Shown here in pieces: positions 37,642 through 47,199 of a DNA stretch of 51,759 nucleotides. The stretch is from a virus (lineage: Duplodnaviria; Caudoviricetes), in IMG/VR virus record IMGVR_UViG_3300020045_006775, positions 1 through 51,759 of that record; one strand, 5' to 3'. The translations under genes were made by a program, and so were the position numbers. Numbering within the stretch: position 1 is the first letter of the stretch; each line of letters opens with the position of its first letter. The notes below the pieces were generated by a model. The model saw nothing but the letters and a program-made list of their open reading frames with translations, was not told where the DNA came from and searched no databases.

Positions 37642-40429
37642 AAGTAAAAAAGGGAAAACCCAAGTAGCCGATTACCACATGAGCATGCACGTGGGGTTAT
37701 GCTCCAGTGCTGACGCCATCACAAAACTGTATTATGGCGAGAAGGAATTCTTCAGCGGGAACATCACGGCTAATACGGCTTTCCGTGCATCCAATGTTGG
37801 GCTGCACGGTGGTCCGAAAAAGGAGGGTGGCATTGACGGGATTATCACGTGTCTCTTTGGCCGAACAGATCAAGTGCTGCCCGACACACTGGCAACCCGG
37901 CTCGGGCGTGCCTCAGGTGCAACCTGCCCTGGTTACCGTGGTATCACCAGCCTGTTTTTGACTGACGGCACCAACGGGGGCTCAGCACCGGGGTTTTATT
38001 GGGGGTCAAACACGCCCTATCTCAAGCCGCTCTGGGCAACTGTGCAGCGCGCCCCCAAGGGTTTAACCGCTGAAAACGCTATGATTAGTGTTTCGGGCAG
38101 GGAAATCAGCGGCCTTGGGCCGAATGGCTGGAGCTATCTGATCAAATACAGCAATGAGCCGGATTACATGGACTCAGTTATCTATAACCAGATGATCAAC
38201 GATGTCGTTCCCCCTGTGCCGATGTTTACGGGCAGTATGCCATTCGGCAATGGCTCACCCTACGATTTGCCAGCGGGGTTTTCGTCATTCCCGCAAACCG
38301 GCTGGGCAGTCGATTCGACCAATGACAGCTCCCTTTATCTGCGCAAAACATTCGACCTTGAGGCCGTCAGCGATGTCACGTTCCGGTTTTACGGCTCAGG
38401 ATCAAGTGGGCCGTCCGTATTTGTAAATCAAATGGGCGTGGACGTGTCAGTAGTTTGGGAATACGCGGGGGCGCGATACCTGGAATGTACGATACCCGCT
38501 GCCAATTTGAGGGCTACCGGGAATATCATTTTTATTTGCGATTGGTATGACGCTGAAGAAGTGTCATCGAACTATCCCGCGCTCTGGTCCTACGCCGCAA
38601 TGACAACTCCAACATTTTCGGGGTTGAAAGACCAGGCAAATCCTGCCCACATTATTTATGAGTGCCTGACGAATACCGATTGGGGCATGGGTGAGTCCTC
38701 AGATTTAATCGACGTTGCAAGTTTTGAGGATTGCGGCGTTGCCCTTGTTACTGAAAAGCTCGGGCTGTCGATGATCTGGACTCGGCAGTCAACAGTCGAG
38801 GACTTTATCAACGAAGTGTTGAAACACATCAACGGGATGTTGTTCACAAGCCCGCGCACTGGAAAACACACGCTGCGTCTAATTCGTGGGGACTATTCAA
38901 CTGTTGGATTACGTGAGGTCAACCCCGATAACGGCACGATCACAAAGTTTTCTCGCCGGGTGTGGGGCGAAACGACTAACGAAATTGTCGTCACATGGAC
39001 CAATCCCATCACTAGCGCAGAGGAAACCGTCAGTCTGCAAGACCTGGGTAATATCGCAATGCAGGGCGCGATTGTGTCGGCATCCCGGAATTATCATGGC
39101 GTCCGCTCTGCGTCACTGGCAATGCAACTTGCCGCCCGTGAGCTGCGCATTGCTGCCAGCCCTGTTTGCACAGTTACCGTCGAGCTTGGGCGGTACGCGT
39201 GGGATATTCTGCCAGCCGATGTTGTGTCAGTGACCTGGCCCGAATATGGGATTGACGCTCTCCCCATGCGCGTTGGTGCAGTCGATTACGGGCGTCCGGG
39301 TGATTCCAAAATCATCGTCACGCTCACTGAGGATATTTTCTCACTCAGCTCATCACATTATGAGCCGCCCCCATCGTCAAACTGGCAAACAGAAACAACA
39401 TCGGCAACCCCGGTTATGACATCGCGGGTTTACACGCTGCCAGCGTATGCCGTGGCGTCGAACCTGGACGGCGGGCTGGCGTCATTGCCGTACCCGTCTG
39501 CGCTGGCCGGAATACTTGCTGCAGCGCCCTCATCGAATGCCCTGAACTATGAGCTAACAAGCCAATCGACCAACGCGGTCGGTGATCTGGTCTGGTCTGG
39601 CCGTGGAACGAAAGGGTTCTGCAGCTACGGGGCGTTGGTTGCACCACTTGCATCTGAGGCTGTCAGCACGGTTAGCGCACTGAGCGGTATTTATCCCTCT
39701 GTCGCGTCGTTTGCGTGGATCGGAAACGGTGCTGATGAGGATTGCGAGTTCGTGATTTTTACCGCTGTGGGCGCTACGTTCACGATGCGGAGGGGTGTGT
39801 TGGACACAACCCCGAAAGCCTGGCCAGCAGGGACGCCGATTTGGCTTATGCCAGCCGTGTTGCCGTATGACACAACGACATTAGCGGCGTCTGTCACACA
39901 GCAATACAAGCTGTTAACAAATACCAGTGGCGGACAGCTGCTTGAGTCTGCAGCGCCCATCATTTCGACAGCGCTCACTGAGCGGCCACATCTGCCAATT
40001 CGCCCGGCTAACGTGCAGGCAAACGGCGTTGGTTTTGGTGATGTTGACGCAACAGGGCTAACGATTTTGCCGATAACCTGGGCGACTCGGAACCGGCTCA
40101 CAGAAGAGGCTATCGTACTGCCGTGGACTGATGGCTCTACCCCTGGCGAAAGCGGCCAAACCGTCAGTTTGAAAATAACCAACGACGCTGGTGTGGCGAT
40201 TACTGAAATACCAAACTTAGTTGGATCGTCATACGATCTAAATCTGAGTGCATACTATGCTACTGAAACTATCAGAATTAGAGCATATGCTGAGCGCGAT
40301 GGTATGTTATCGCTGCAAGCGCATGAGTTGCGCGTGATCAACATTGATCCGGGCATGCCGCGTGTAACGAGTTCCGGCGATGTGCGCGTTACCGACACGG
40401 GCGCACGGCGGGTTAGCGTTTTGGCATAG
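37634..40429 (+). CDS. Tail tip / central tail protein
   Basis: 'YHMSMHVGLC', 'PGYRG', 'ANPAHIIYECLTN.DWGMG', 'RP..P..P.NV..NG', 'WA.RNRL'. Confidence 0.85.
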   Translation: MSKSKKGKTQVADYHMSMHVGLCSSADAITKLYYGEKEFFSGNITANTAFRASNVGLHGGPKKEGGIDGIITCLFGRTDQVLPDTLATRLGRASGATCPGYRGITSLFLTDGTNGGSAPGFYWGSNTPYLKPLWATVQRAPKGLTAENAMISVSGREISGLGPNGWSYLIKYSNEPDYMDSVIYNQMINDVVPPVPMFTGSMPFGNGSPYDLPAGFSSFPQTGWAVDSTNDSSLYLRKTFDLEAVSDVTFRFYGSGSSGPSVFVNQMGVDVSVVWEYAGARYLECTIPAANLRATGNIIFICDWYDAEEVSSNYPALWSYAAMTTPTFSGLKDQANPAHIIYECLTNTDWGMGESSDLIDVASFEDCGVALVTEKLGLSMIWTRQSTVEDFINEVLKHINGMLFTSPRTGKHTLRLIRGDYSTVGLREVNPDNGTITKFSRRVWGETTNEIVVTWTNPITSAEETVSLQDLGNIAMQGAIVSASRNYHGVRSASLAMQLAARELRIAASPVCTVTVELGRYAWDILPADVVSVTWPEYGIDALPMRVGAVDYGRPGDSKIIVTLTEDIFSLSSSHYEPPPSSNWQTETTSATPVMTSRVYTLPAYAVASNLDGGLASLPYPSALAGILAAAPSSNALNYELTSQSTNAVGDLVWSGRGTKGFCSYGALVAPLASEAVSTVSALSGIYPSVASFAWIGNGADEDCEFVIFTAVGATFTMRRGVLDTTPKAWPAGTPIWLMPAVLPYDTTTLAASVTQQYKLLTNTSGGQLLESAAPIISTALTERPHLPIRPANVQANGVGFGDVDATGLTILPITWATRNRLTEEAIVLPWTDGSTPGESGQTVSLKITNDAGVAITEIPNLVGSSYDLNLSAYYATETIRIRAYAERDGMLSLQAHELRVINIDPGMPRVTSSGDVRVTDTGARRVSVLA

Positions 40430-40435
40430 CGACGG

Positions 40436-40473
40436 TTTCAACCAGCGGTTACAATAGCGACCAGTGGTTGAAA
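40436..40473. promoter_or_regulatory. Tandem operator-like dyads upstream of holin
   Basis: TTTCAAC-CAGCG-GTTACAA directly followed by TAGCGAC-CAGTG-GTTGAAA. Confidence 0.6.
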
Positions 40474-40527
40474 CTGCCGGGGATCACAGCAGTGGCTAAA
40501 AACAAACGGATACGACTGGATTTAGAA

Positions 40528-40884
40528 ATGATTGATCAAAAAGATGGATTAGAGGGGTTCGGGCGATGGTTTGCCGCAAACGGCGCGACGATTTATGCCG
40601 TGTGCCTCTCTGTAGGTATTGCAGGTTTGCGCATTGCATATAGCCAGTCGCGGGGCGGCGAGAAACGCACTCGACTACAAACAGCGATTGAATGCGCGCT
40701 GTGCGGCGCGATCACATTGAGCCTATCCAGTGCCCTCGAATTATTCGGATTACCGTCAACCGCTGGAACTGCCGTTGGCGGGTCAGTCGGGTTTCTGGGT
40801 GTCGAGAAAATCAGGATTTTGGCAGAGCGCTATATTGATACCAAGCTCAAGCCGACCGAAACAAAAACCGATAAGGCCGAATAA
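40528..40884 (+). CDS. Holin, lambda S-like
   Basis: Three hydrophobic segments, 'IAGLRIAY', 'IE.ALCG', 'GG.VGFLGVEKIR', charged C-terminus. Confidence 0.85.
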   Translation: MIDQKDGLEGFGRWFAANGATIYAVCLSVGIAGLRIAYSQSRGGEKRTRLQTAIECALCGAITLSLSSALELFGLPSTAGTAVGGSVGFLGVEKIRILAERYIDTKLKPTETKTDKAE

Positions 40885-41945
40885 TGGCAAACGTAAATAT
40901 TCCCGATCTGTCGGCTGGTGCCCCGTTAGATGAGGCTGATTTGCTTGAGGTTGTTCAGGGCGGCGTGAATAAAAAGCTGACTGGCGCGCAACTCAAGCCT
41001 AATCTTGTTGTCAATGCCCAAACCGGGGCAACGTACACGTATGTGGCCGCAGATAAAGGCAAGTTGGTTACGCATACCAGAGCCACTGCTGTTGCCGCAA
41101 CGCTTCCCACTGCCGCAACTATGCTCGCCGGGTTTTCAGTTTCTGTCACGAATCTAGGGGCCGGGTTGGTAACGATTACCAGTGCTAGCAATATCAACGG
41201 TGAGACTACGCTAGCCCTGGCTACCGGGCACACTGTAAAACTCGCCTCGGATGGCGCAAACTGGTTTATCGCAAGCCGCTTCAGCACTGGCTACGGGACC
41301 ACGGGCGAGACTGCCCTTCCAGTGGCCGCTGATGCTGACTCAGTGCTTGAATCAGGTCTGTACACGCTCAGCACGTCTAGCCAGCACGGGCCACTGTCTG
41401 CTGAGGAATACACACTGATCAACCTGCCCGTTTCGGGCGCTGTGATCACTCAGATTGCAACAAAAACCTCTGGAACTGGGGCTGGAAAACTGTACACGCG
41501 CTATCTCGCCAGCGGCGTTTGGAGCGCGTGGGCTGAAATCGGGGCTGGATCGGGTGGATCGGGCAGTACGACATTACCCCTGGCACCAACCCCGCCCAGA
41601 ATTGATGTCTATTCTGCTGGCAGACGACTGGACGGGGTAGAGGTCACATCTGGAATACTGATGTGCCACACCTACAACGGCACACCCGATCTACAATTTA
41701 ATAGCGCAATACAGATCGAGACTGCACTTGGGACACCGCCTGTAAATAGTTATTTTGACATGGTTGTGCAAAATATTCAGGAAGACGGCCTTGCCGGGGC
41801 ACCTATGATACTCAGCATGTTTCCGGGTAGCAATAATGGGTATGTGACACTTGTTGGCAACATGCTGATCCCAATTAATACAAGTGCTGAGTTCCGCCTG
41901 ATCAAAACCGCGTATGGCGAATGGACCGCATACAGAATATCGTAA
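40884..41945 (+). CDS. Tail fibre-like protein
   Basis: 'NIPDL....L...DLLEVVQGG.NKK', 'NAQTGATYT...D.GKLV', 'SDGANW', knob-like 'Y.R....WSAW'. Confidence 0.7.
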   Translation: MANVNIPDLSAGAPLDEADLLEVVQGGVNKKLTGAQLKPNLVVNAQTGATYTYVAADKGKLVTHTRATAVAATLPTAATMLAGFSVSVTNLGAGLVTITSASNINGETTLALATGHTVKLASDGANWFIASRFSTGYGTTGETALPVAADADSVLESGLYTLSTSSQHGPLSAEEYTLINLPVSGAVITQIATKTSGTGAGKLYTRYLASGVWSAWAEIGAGSGGSGSTTLPLAPTPPRIDVYSAGRRLDGVEVTSGILMCHTYNGTPDLQFNSAIQIETALGTPPVNSYFDMVVQNIQEDGLAGAPMILSMFPGSNNGYVTLVGNMLIPINTSAEFRLIKTAYGEWTAYRIS

Positions 41946-41964
41946 CTTTCCCAAGGAAATTAAA

Positions 41965-42393
41965 ATGACTACTCAAGACAGCGCAACCGGCGCACTCAAA
42001 TACCCTAAATCAACTGATGGTGCCATGCATGTCGCCATAATGAGCGGTGGCTCTGGTGGCAGCAGCAGCGGGTTAACCGACGCAGAATTGAGAGCGTCGG
42101 CTGTTGCTGTTGAAATCCTCGGGATGCCCTCAGTCGCAAGGCAAGTCGCTGTGGCTGTTGCCAGTACGAACATCGCATTGACAGCCACTTGCCGCAGAGT
42201 GAGCATTAAAGCCGTCGGTGGTAACGCCAGATACAGCGTCGGTGCTGTCGCCCAAACTGCAACCGTGACATCCCATTATATTGAGGCATCTGAGCGCCTG
42301 GATATTGCCGTTCCGCTCAATGCCAACATCGCCGCAATTCGGGAAACCGGGGTTACGACTGACAGCGTTATCCACATCACTGAGCTGGTGTAA
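41965..42393 (+). CDS. Tail-fibre-associated protein
   Basis: AAGGA RBS; 'GLTDAELRAS.V' and a beta-rich C-terminus; lies in the fibre cluster. Confidence 0.65.
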   Translation: MTTQDSATGALKYPKSTDGAMHVAIMSGGSGGSSSGLTDAELRASAVAVEILGMPSVARQVAVAVASTNIALTATCRRVSIKAVGGNARYSVGAVAQTATVTSHYIEASERLDIAVPLNANIAAIRETGVTTDSVIHITELV

Positions 42394-42395
42394 TC

Positions 42396-44093
42396 ATGAG
42401 GTTACGTGCAACGCGCATGTCTGTTATTGCGCAGGCTGTCCGCAAGGCATTCTCGCCGCTGGATTATTTCCGCTTCGGTGAGCCCGGAGTTTGGTATGAC
42501 CCTAGTGATTTCAGTACGCTATTTCAAGATGCCTCTGCAACTACCCCAGTAACCGCCCTTGAACAACCTGTTGGGTTGATGCTCGATAAGCGGCTAGGGA
42601 AGGGCTCGATTATACTGAGTGGATTCCAGTCAATGATTACCCGTAATGACAAGGGGACGGTAGTTGTTGGCGGGAATAGTGTTACTTGCACATGCATCGG
42701 GGATGGGTATTTCGGTGTAAAAACCAGTGACGCGATAATCTCAGCACCAAACTCCTACATCATGACATTTTCTTGGTCTGGGAATACAAAGCATAGCCTA
42801 ATATATTTTGGGGCCGGGAGCGGTGGGGGTTTTGCGGGAAGTAATGAATCTGGGACATCAACCGCCTTTATAACCCCAGGGATCGGGGGTGTGGTGGAGA
42901 TTTATATGGGACCGGGTAGTATTGGTGATACAGTTACATTCACTAATATTTCGGTAAAACAGATTCCAGGTAACCACGCCAAACAGACAACGGCAACATC
43001 GAGGCCAGTGCTTAGTGCGCGGGTTAATTTGCTTACGAAAACTGATCAATTTGCATCATGGAGCGCACAGACAAGCGGGGACACCGTATCAGGCACCAAG
43101 CTAATCCCATCCACGACAAATACAACGCACGGTAGGCAACTCCCCTTCACATATGCAAAGGGTAATGTCCTCTCTGTAAAAGCATCTGCTGCCGGGTATT
43201 CGTTTTTGCATTTGGGGGTTGGAGGTCTTCAGGCGTCGGACGGTGTAAGCTACTGCACAACATTTAATTTGACGCTTGGGACGATTGTCAAGCGCGGGAC
43301 ATGGGGGGCAAGTGAATCTATTGTAGATAATAACGACGGGACGTACACTTGCACGGTAGTTTCACTATATGATTCCGGAAATGCCGTAATTGACTACAGC
43401 CCAACAGCAGCAACCAATGTGTATTCTGGAGACGGTGTATCAGGTGTTAATGTGTTCTGGGCGTCACTGGTTCCGTCGGGTATGGGTTCCTTGCCTTACC
43501 AGCGCGTAAACACCGCAAGCGATTATGACACAGCAGGTTTCCCGATCTATTTGAAATTCAATGGCATCGAATCATTTATGGTGACGAATGTAATTAATTT
43601 CAGTGGGACAGACAAAATGACGGTTTGGGCCGGGGTTAGGAAGTTGAGCGATAGCTCATACGGCTGTATTGCAGAACTTTCATCATCTGCTGATGCTACT
43701 GCCGGTGGATTTGCAGTTCTTGGGGCAAATTCGGCTGGTTACTATTTGCAAAATGGGGCACCCCCAAACAGAACATATGGGACCATTCCTGGAGGTGCCG
43801 CAGCCCCAATTACAGATGTGTTTTTGGCAATATTTGACAGGGCATTACTGGATACCAGTGAGTCCCAAGGGAGCCGCAACGGTGGTGCGTGGTTTAGCGC
43901 GCCTGTATTGGAGGGATGGTCAGCCACAGGCAACTTTGTCAATGCCCAGATGTATATCGGGAGACGCGGCGGCACATCGCTACCATTCAACGGAAACATT
44001 TACCAGCTAATCGTCCGTGGCGCGAAAACCTCAGCCGCAGATATTGGCTACGGTGGAAAGTTTATTGCGACAAAAACGGGGGTTACACTATGA
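42396..44093 (+). CDS. Putative receptor-binding protein with lectin/LamG-like domains
   Basis: 'GVWYDPSD.STLFQD..TTPV...QPVGLMLDK', 'GNHA.Q.T...RP', 'YIGRRGG.SLPFNG.IYQLIVRG'. Confidence 0.7.
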   Translation: MRLRATRMSVIAQAVRKAFSPLDYFRFGEPGVWYDPSDFSTLFQDASATTPVTALEQPVGLMLDKRLGKGSIILSGFQSMITRNDKGTVVVGGNSVTCTCIGDGYFGVKTSDAIISAPNSYIMTFSWSGNTKHSLIYFGAGSGGGFAGSNESGTSTAFITPGIGGVVEIYMGPGSIGDTVTFTNISVKQIPGNHAKQTTATSRPVLSARVNLLTKTDQFASWSAQTSGDTVSGTKLIPSTTNTTHGRQLPFTYAKGNVLSVKASAAGYSFLHLGVGGLQASDGVSYCTTFNLTLGTIVKRGTWGASESIVDNNDGTYTCTVVSLYDSGNAVIDYSPTAATNVYSGDGVSGVNVFWASLVPSGMGSLPYQRVNTASDYDTAGFPIYLKFNGIESFMVTNVINFSGTDKMTVWAGVRKLSDSSYGCIAELSSSADATAGGFAVLGANSAGYYLQNGAPPNRTYGTIPGGAAAPITDVFLAIFDRALLDTSESQGSRNGGAWFSAPVLEGWSATGNFVNAQMYIGRRGGTSLPFNGNIYQLIVRGAKTSAADIGYGGKFIATKTGVTL

Positions 44094-44290
44094 TCCACAC
44101 TCATGCCGATGGCTCAGTAACAATGAGCGCCAATAAAGTCTGGCGTCCGGGCGTGTTTGAAAATGCCAGGACTGCCCGAATTGCACAACGTCTTGATGAC
44201 TCGGAAATCCGAATTCTCCAGGCCGCTGCTAACGTGCGTGGGGATTCGATTATAATAGAAGCCGATATTAAACAAAGGAAGTTACCATGA
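44090..44290 (+). CDS. Hypothetical protein
   Basis: ATGA overlaps with both neighbours. Confidence 0.55.
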   Translation: MIHTHADGSVTMSANKVWRPGVFENARTARIAQRLDDSEIRILQAAANVRGDSIIIEADIKQRKLP

Positions 44291-44643
44291 GCGATAGCGT
44301 AATTATGACGATGATTGTTACTGACGCCAATGCCCCGGTGGCACGGCGGTTGGCTGAGGCTATGGCCGGAGAAGCGGGGGCTGGAATGTGGACGGTGCCC
44401 TGCACGTCGAATGCCGTCGATGTGTCGCACTGGATTAGCTCTGGGCCTATCAGCGCTGAATTTGCGGCGGTAATGAGTGGGCCTGATGTGCTATTTGCGG
44501 CATGTAGTGCTGCCGGGATCGATGTCACCGCCGATCAGTGTTCCGCGCTGCTGGAAACGTCGGATGTCAGCGACGATGACCCCTTTTACGCGATGTTTCG
44601 CCTTGGTATTTTGATGCACCGACCCGAAATAGGCGGAGTTTGA
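44287..44643 (+). CDS. Hypothetical protein (possible fibre chaperone)
   Basis: Last gene of the late operon, followed by a terminator. Confidence 0.7.
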   Translation: MSDSVIMTMIVTDANAPVARRLAEAMAGEAGAGMWTVPCTSNAVDVSHWISSGPISAEFAAVMSGPDVLFAACSAAGIDVTADQCSALLETSDVSDDDPFYAMFRLGILMHRPEIGGV

Positions 44644-44650
44644 TAAACAG

Positions 44651-44676
44651 AAAAGCCCCGAAATTCGGGGCTTTTT
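44651..44676. terminator. Bidirectional terminator
   Basis: AAAAGCCCCGAAATTCGGGGCTTTTT between convergent operons. Confidence 0.9.
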
Positions 44677-44795
44677 CATGGGGCTGGCAGTTTACTTAGC
44701 CGTCAAGATAATCCTCTTTGCAGATCAAATCGCAGAACAGGCTTTTGCCGGAAACCGGGCAGTTGCAGTTGTGGCAAAAACCACATGGGACAAGT

Positions 44796-45212
44796 TTAGG
44801 CATTTGCTTTTTCCTCTTTCAAAATGAGTTGCTGAATATCGACTTCCAGTGCATTTCCACGAACAAAAACAAGGCTGTGGGGGATGTCGGTGTTAACCCA
44901 CTCATGCAGGGCCAGCAGGATCGACGCGTCTTCGCCGGTAATCGAGTTTGCCTTGATATACCTGCGCATCGAAATGTGGTCATGCACTGGATTTTCTGCC
45001 AAGCGAATGCGCTCCAGCAGTTCGACCCTCAGCTGTACAAAATGCAGGGCTTTGCGCAAATCCTGAACCCCGTTTTTGTTGCGCCAGCGGCTCATGTATT
45101 TGAGGATTGCGAACGCTGCAGGATCGTAGCTGTTGACTGTCGCAAACATCAGCGGTTGCATGCCAAGGTTTTTATAGTGGTCCCCGCCAACCTGGGAATT
45201 AAACGCGCTCAT
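44796..45212 (-). CDS. DUF3310 (SaV / T7 gp1.7-like) protein
   Basis: 'QVGGDHYK...QP..F......F...KY..RWR.KNG..DLRKA..F'. Confidence 0.85.
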   Translation of the reverse strand: MSAFNSQVGGDHYKNLGMQPLMFATVNSYDPAAFAILKYMSRWRNKNGVQDLRKALHFVQLRVELLERIRLAENPVHDHISMRRYIKANSITGEDASILLALHEWVNTDIPHSLVFVRGNALEVDIQQLILKEEKANA

Positions 45213-45352
45213 TAGTATTTCTTTCCACCGGCTTTGGCGCGGTTTTCCGGTTTGTGATCAGCGCGGGTCCGATTCAGCATCGGATTGTGATTGACGGTGA
45301 CGGCGTTCTGGTAATCCTCGGCGGATTGGTCCAGTTCAGTGAGTTTTTGCAT
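45212..45352 (-). CDS. Small hypothetical protein
   Basis: Fills the operon gap; its stop overlaps the next start. Confidence 0.4.
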   Translation of the reverse strand: MQKLTELDQSAEDYQNAVTVNHNPMLNRTRADHKPENRAKAGGKKY

Positions 45353-45369
45353 AGTCAAACTTTCAAAAA

Positions 45370-45600
45370 TTACTTGGTTTTGTCTTGGGCAAAGGCGGCT
45401 AACAGATTGGCCCTTGCCGACTCGCGTTTGCGAGCCCATTCACTCGCCAACTCGCCGTTTTGAGCGGCTTTGCGGGCGTATTTTGCCTGTAGCCGCAAGT
45501 GCAATTCGTTGCGGCGTTCGGATTTGTGGAAAAGATAAAGCGCAGATTCACGTGGTGTAAATTTGCGCCAGATCGCCATGAGGTAGATGAGTGTATGCAT
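45370..45600 (-). CDS. Hypothetical protein
   Basis: Co-oriented ORF in the leftward cluster. Confidence 0.5.
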   Translation of the reverse strand: MHTLIYLMAIWRKFTPRESALYLFHKSERRNELHLRLQAKYARKAAQNGELASEWARKRESARANLLAAFAQDKTK

Positions 45601-45671
45601 ATTCAGATTTTAGACCTGGGTTTGCACTTGCATCAACTATTCGCGGCGATCTGTAGCATTTCAACGACAGA

Positions 45672-45989
45672 TCAGATGAATTTGGCTTTGGGGTTGCTTC
45701 TGATCGCGGCTGCAACAACAGGGGCTGTACGGTATGCGCGGGGGATGTGTTCCAGGGCAAGGCCGTCGAGGTTCACGGCTTCGAGGCACAATTCCTCAGT
45801 CAAAGCGCGAACGTGGCCAATCGCATTGGGGTTGCTACGAACAGCGGCGAGGCACAATGCTGGCGTCTGCTCAGTGACGTTTGCGAGGTAACTGCTATCA
45901 CCACGGCTCAGGCGGATGTGGATGTCTGACATCATTTTGCGCATCGACAGGTTTGCTGAAATCATGTGTGAATTTGGAAGGTTGGACAT
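45672..45989 (-). CDS. DUF4116-like helical repeat protein
   Basis: Repeats 'QTPALCLAAVRSNPNAIGHV' and 'LTEELCLEAVNLDGLALEHI'. Confidence 0.75.
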   Translation of the reverse strand: MSNLPNSHMISANLSMRKMMSDIHIRLSRGDSSYLANVTEQTPALCLAAVRSNPNAIGHVRALTEELCLEAVNLDGLALEHIPRAYRTAPVVAAAIRSNPKAKFI

Positions 45990-46014
45990 TTTGGTTTTCC
46001 GTTCAGTTAACTAT

Positions 46015-46308
46015 TTACAGCAGCGTCTCATCGACATCGTTCACCGCGTTTTTTGAGGCGGTGGCGGGTGTGAATTTCATAACTTGCCGGGGTGCCAGGG
46101 TAATAATCCCACCAGTTGCTGCGCATTTTAAATTGCGCTCAAGGTATTCCCGGCGATCAAACACCCCGAAATTCGTGAGCTTGACAGCCTCACCATTGGC
46201 GACAGCCGTTTGAATTTGCGTGAATGCGTCTTCAAGCAACAGTTTTGTAGCAGCAATAGAAAGACCGTGCTTTTTTGCGACCGTCTTTGCGAGTTTTTCA
46301 AAGTTCAT
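46015..46308 (-). CDS. HU/IHF-family DNA-binding protein
   Basis: 'MN..KL...VA....LS......L......I...V..GE.VKL.NFG.F...TG..I......MKF'; GGAG RBS. Confidence 0.85.
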   Translation of the reverse strand: MNFEKLAKTVAKKHGLSIAATKLLLEDAFTQIQTAVANGEAVKLTNFGVFDRREYLERNLKCAATGGIITLAPRQVMKFTPATASKNAVNDVDETLL

Positions 46309-46348
46309 TTTCTACTCCAGTTGTGGGGCCGTAGCCCCGGTTTTGTGA

Positions 46349-47095
46349 TTAGTCAGCGGCGTTGCAGATGGCGATCAGGCAATCACGTTGTGCGCCACGT
46401 GCAGCGTCGTATGCAGCGGCGGCAGCGGCGAATGACTCGGGGCTTGATGAGTCACCGGCATCGCGGCTGATAGCCCGTGCGGCGGCATTCGCGGTGGCTC
46501 TCGCCGATCTTGCATAGGCCCAGCAGCTCGAATGGCGCAGGTCCAGCGGGTTTTCGGGCATGTCCCAAGTTGCGGCAGCGGCGGCGACTGCAGTTGCAGC
46601 GTCATACCCGGCAACAGCGGTTTTTGCGTACCCAACCCTCAAATAGTTCAGGCGGCGGCTACGGTCGGAAACACTAAGCGTAGTGTCGGTTGCTGCAGCA
46701 ATCGTTGCAGCGTTGTATTCTTGCCTGTGCTTTTCTTCGTAGTCACCGACTGCCCTGCGAGCCTCTGCCCATGCTGTTGACAGGTTTTTCCGGCTAATAA
46801 CGCCGTACAAATACAGGTCAATCGCCTCAAGTGCTGCAATTGAGCGGGAATCTGTAAGCTGTCGTTCGACTTGGCGGGCGCAGAACAGTGCAAATTTGCG
46901 GATTTTGGGTTCGTGGCCCTTGATCGTTCGCAGGGCCAGCAGGGCGGCGTCCATGTCATGTGTTGCCAGGTAGGCGATTTCCACGGGCGTTTTGTTGCTG
47001 ACCATAATGCCGTCGCGCTGGAGGGCAGCGGTGAGCTTGGGGATCATGTAAGCGCAGTCGGGGCGCGAAAGAATGTTGCGAATTGAGGTTTTCAT
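46349..47095 (-). CDS. Ala-rich phage protein (Imm5-like domain)
   Basis: 'R.FALFCARQV...LTD.RS..A......Y..G' and C-terminal 'AAR.AQ...L...C'. Confidence 0.65.
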   Translation of the reverse strand: MKTSIRNILSRPDCAYMIPKLTAALQRDGIMVSNKTPVEIAYLATHDMDAALLALRTIKGHEPKIRKFALFCARQVERQLTDSRSIAALEAIDLYLYGVISRKNLSTAWAEARRAVGDYEEKHRQEYNAATIAAATDTTLSVSDRSRRLNYLRVGYAKTAVAGYDAATAVAAAAATWDMPENPLDLRHSSCWAYARSARATANAAARAISRDAGDSSSPESFAAAAAAYDAARGAQRDCLIAICNAAD

Positions 47096-47130
47096 GGTGT
47101 TTAAAACAGGTTAGGAGTTTGTGAGCTTGT

Positions 47131-47199
47131 ATTGTAACCCCGGAAATTCAGCATTTGCCGCTATTTTCCGGGTATTACACACTGTTACGTGTCGGTTAC
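47131..47199 (-). promoter_or_regulatory. GTAA-phased promoter
   Basis: On the minus strand: 3 x GTAA at 10-11-bp period, then 38 bp, then TACAAT; aligns with 49635-49692. Confidence 0.55.

Noticed and set aside
40884-44643. Diversity-generating retroelement or invertible tail-fibre switch
   Set aside because: No reverse transcriptase or invertase, and no TR/VR pair or inverted crossover sites were seen.
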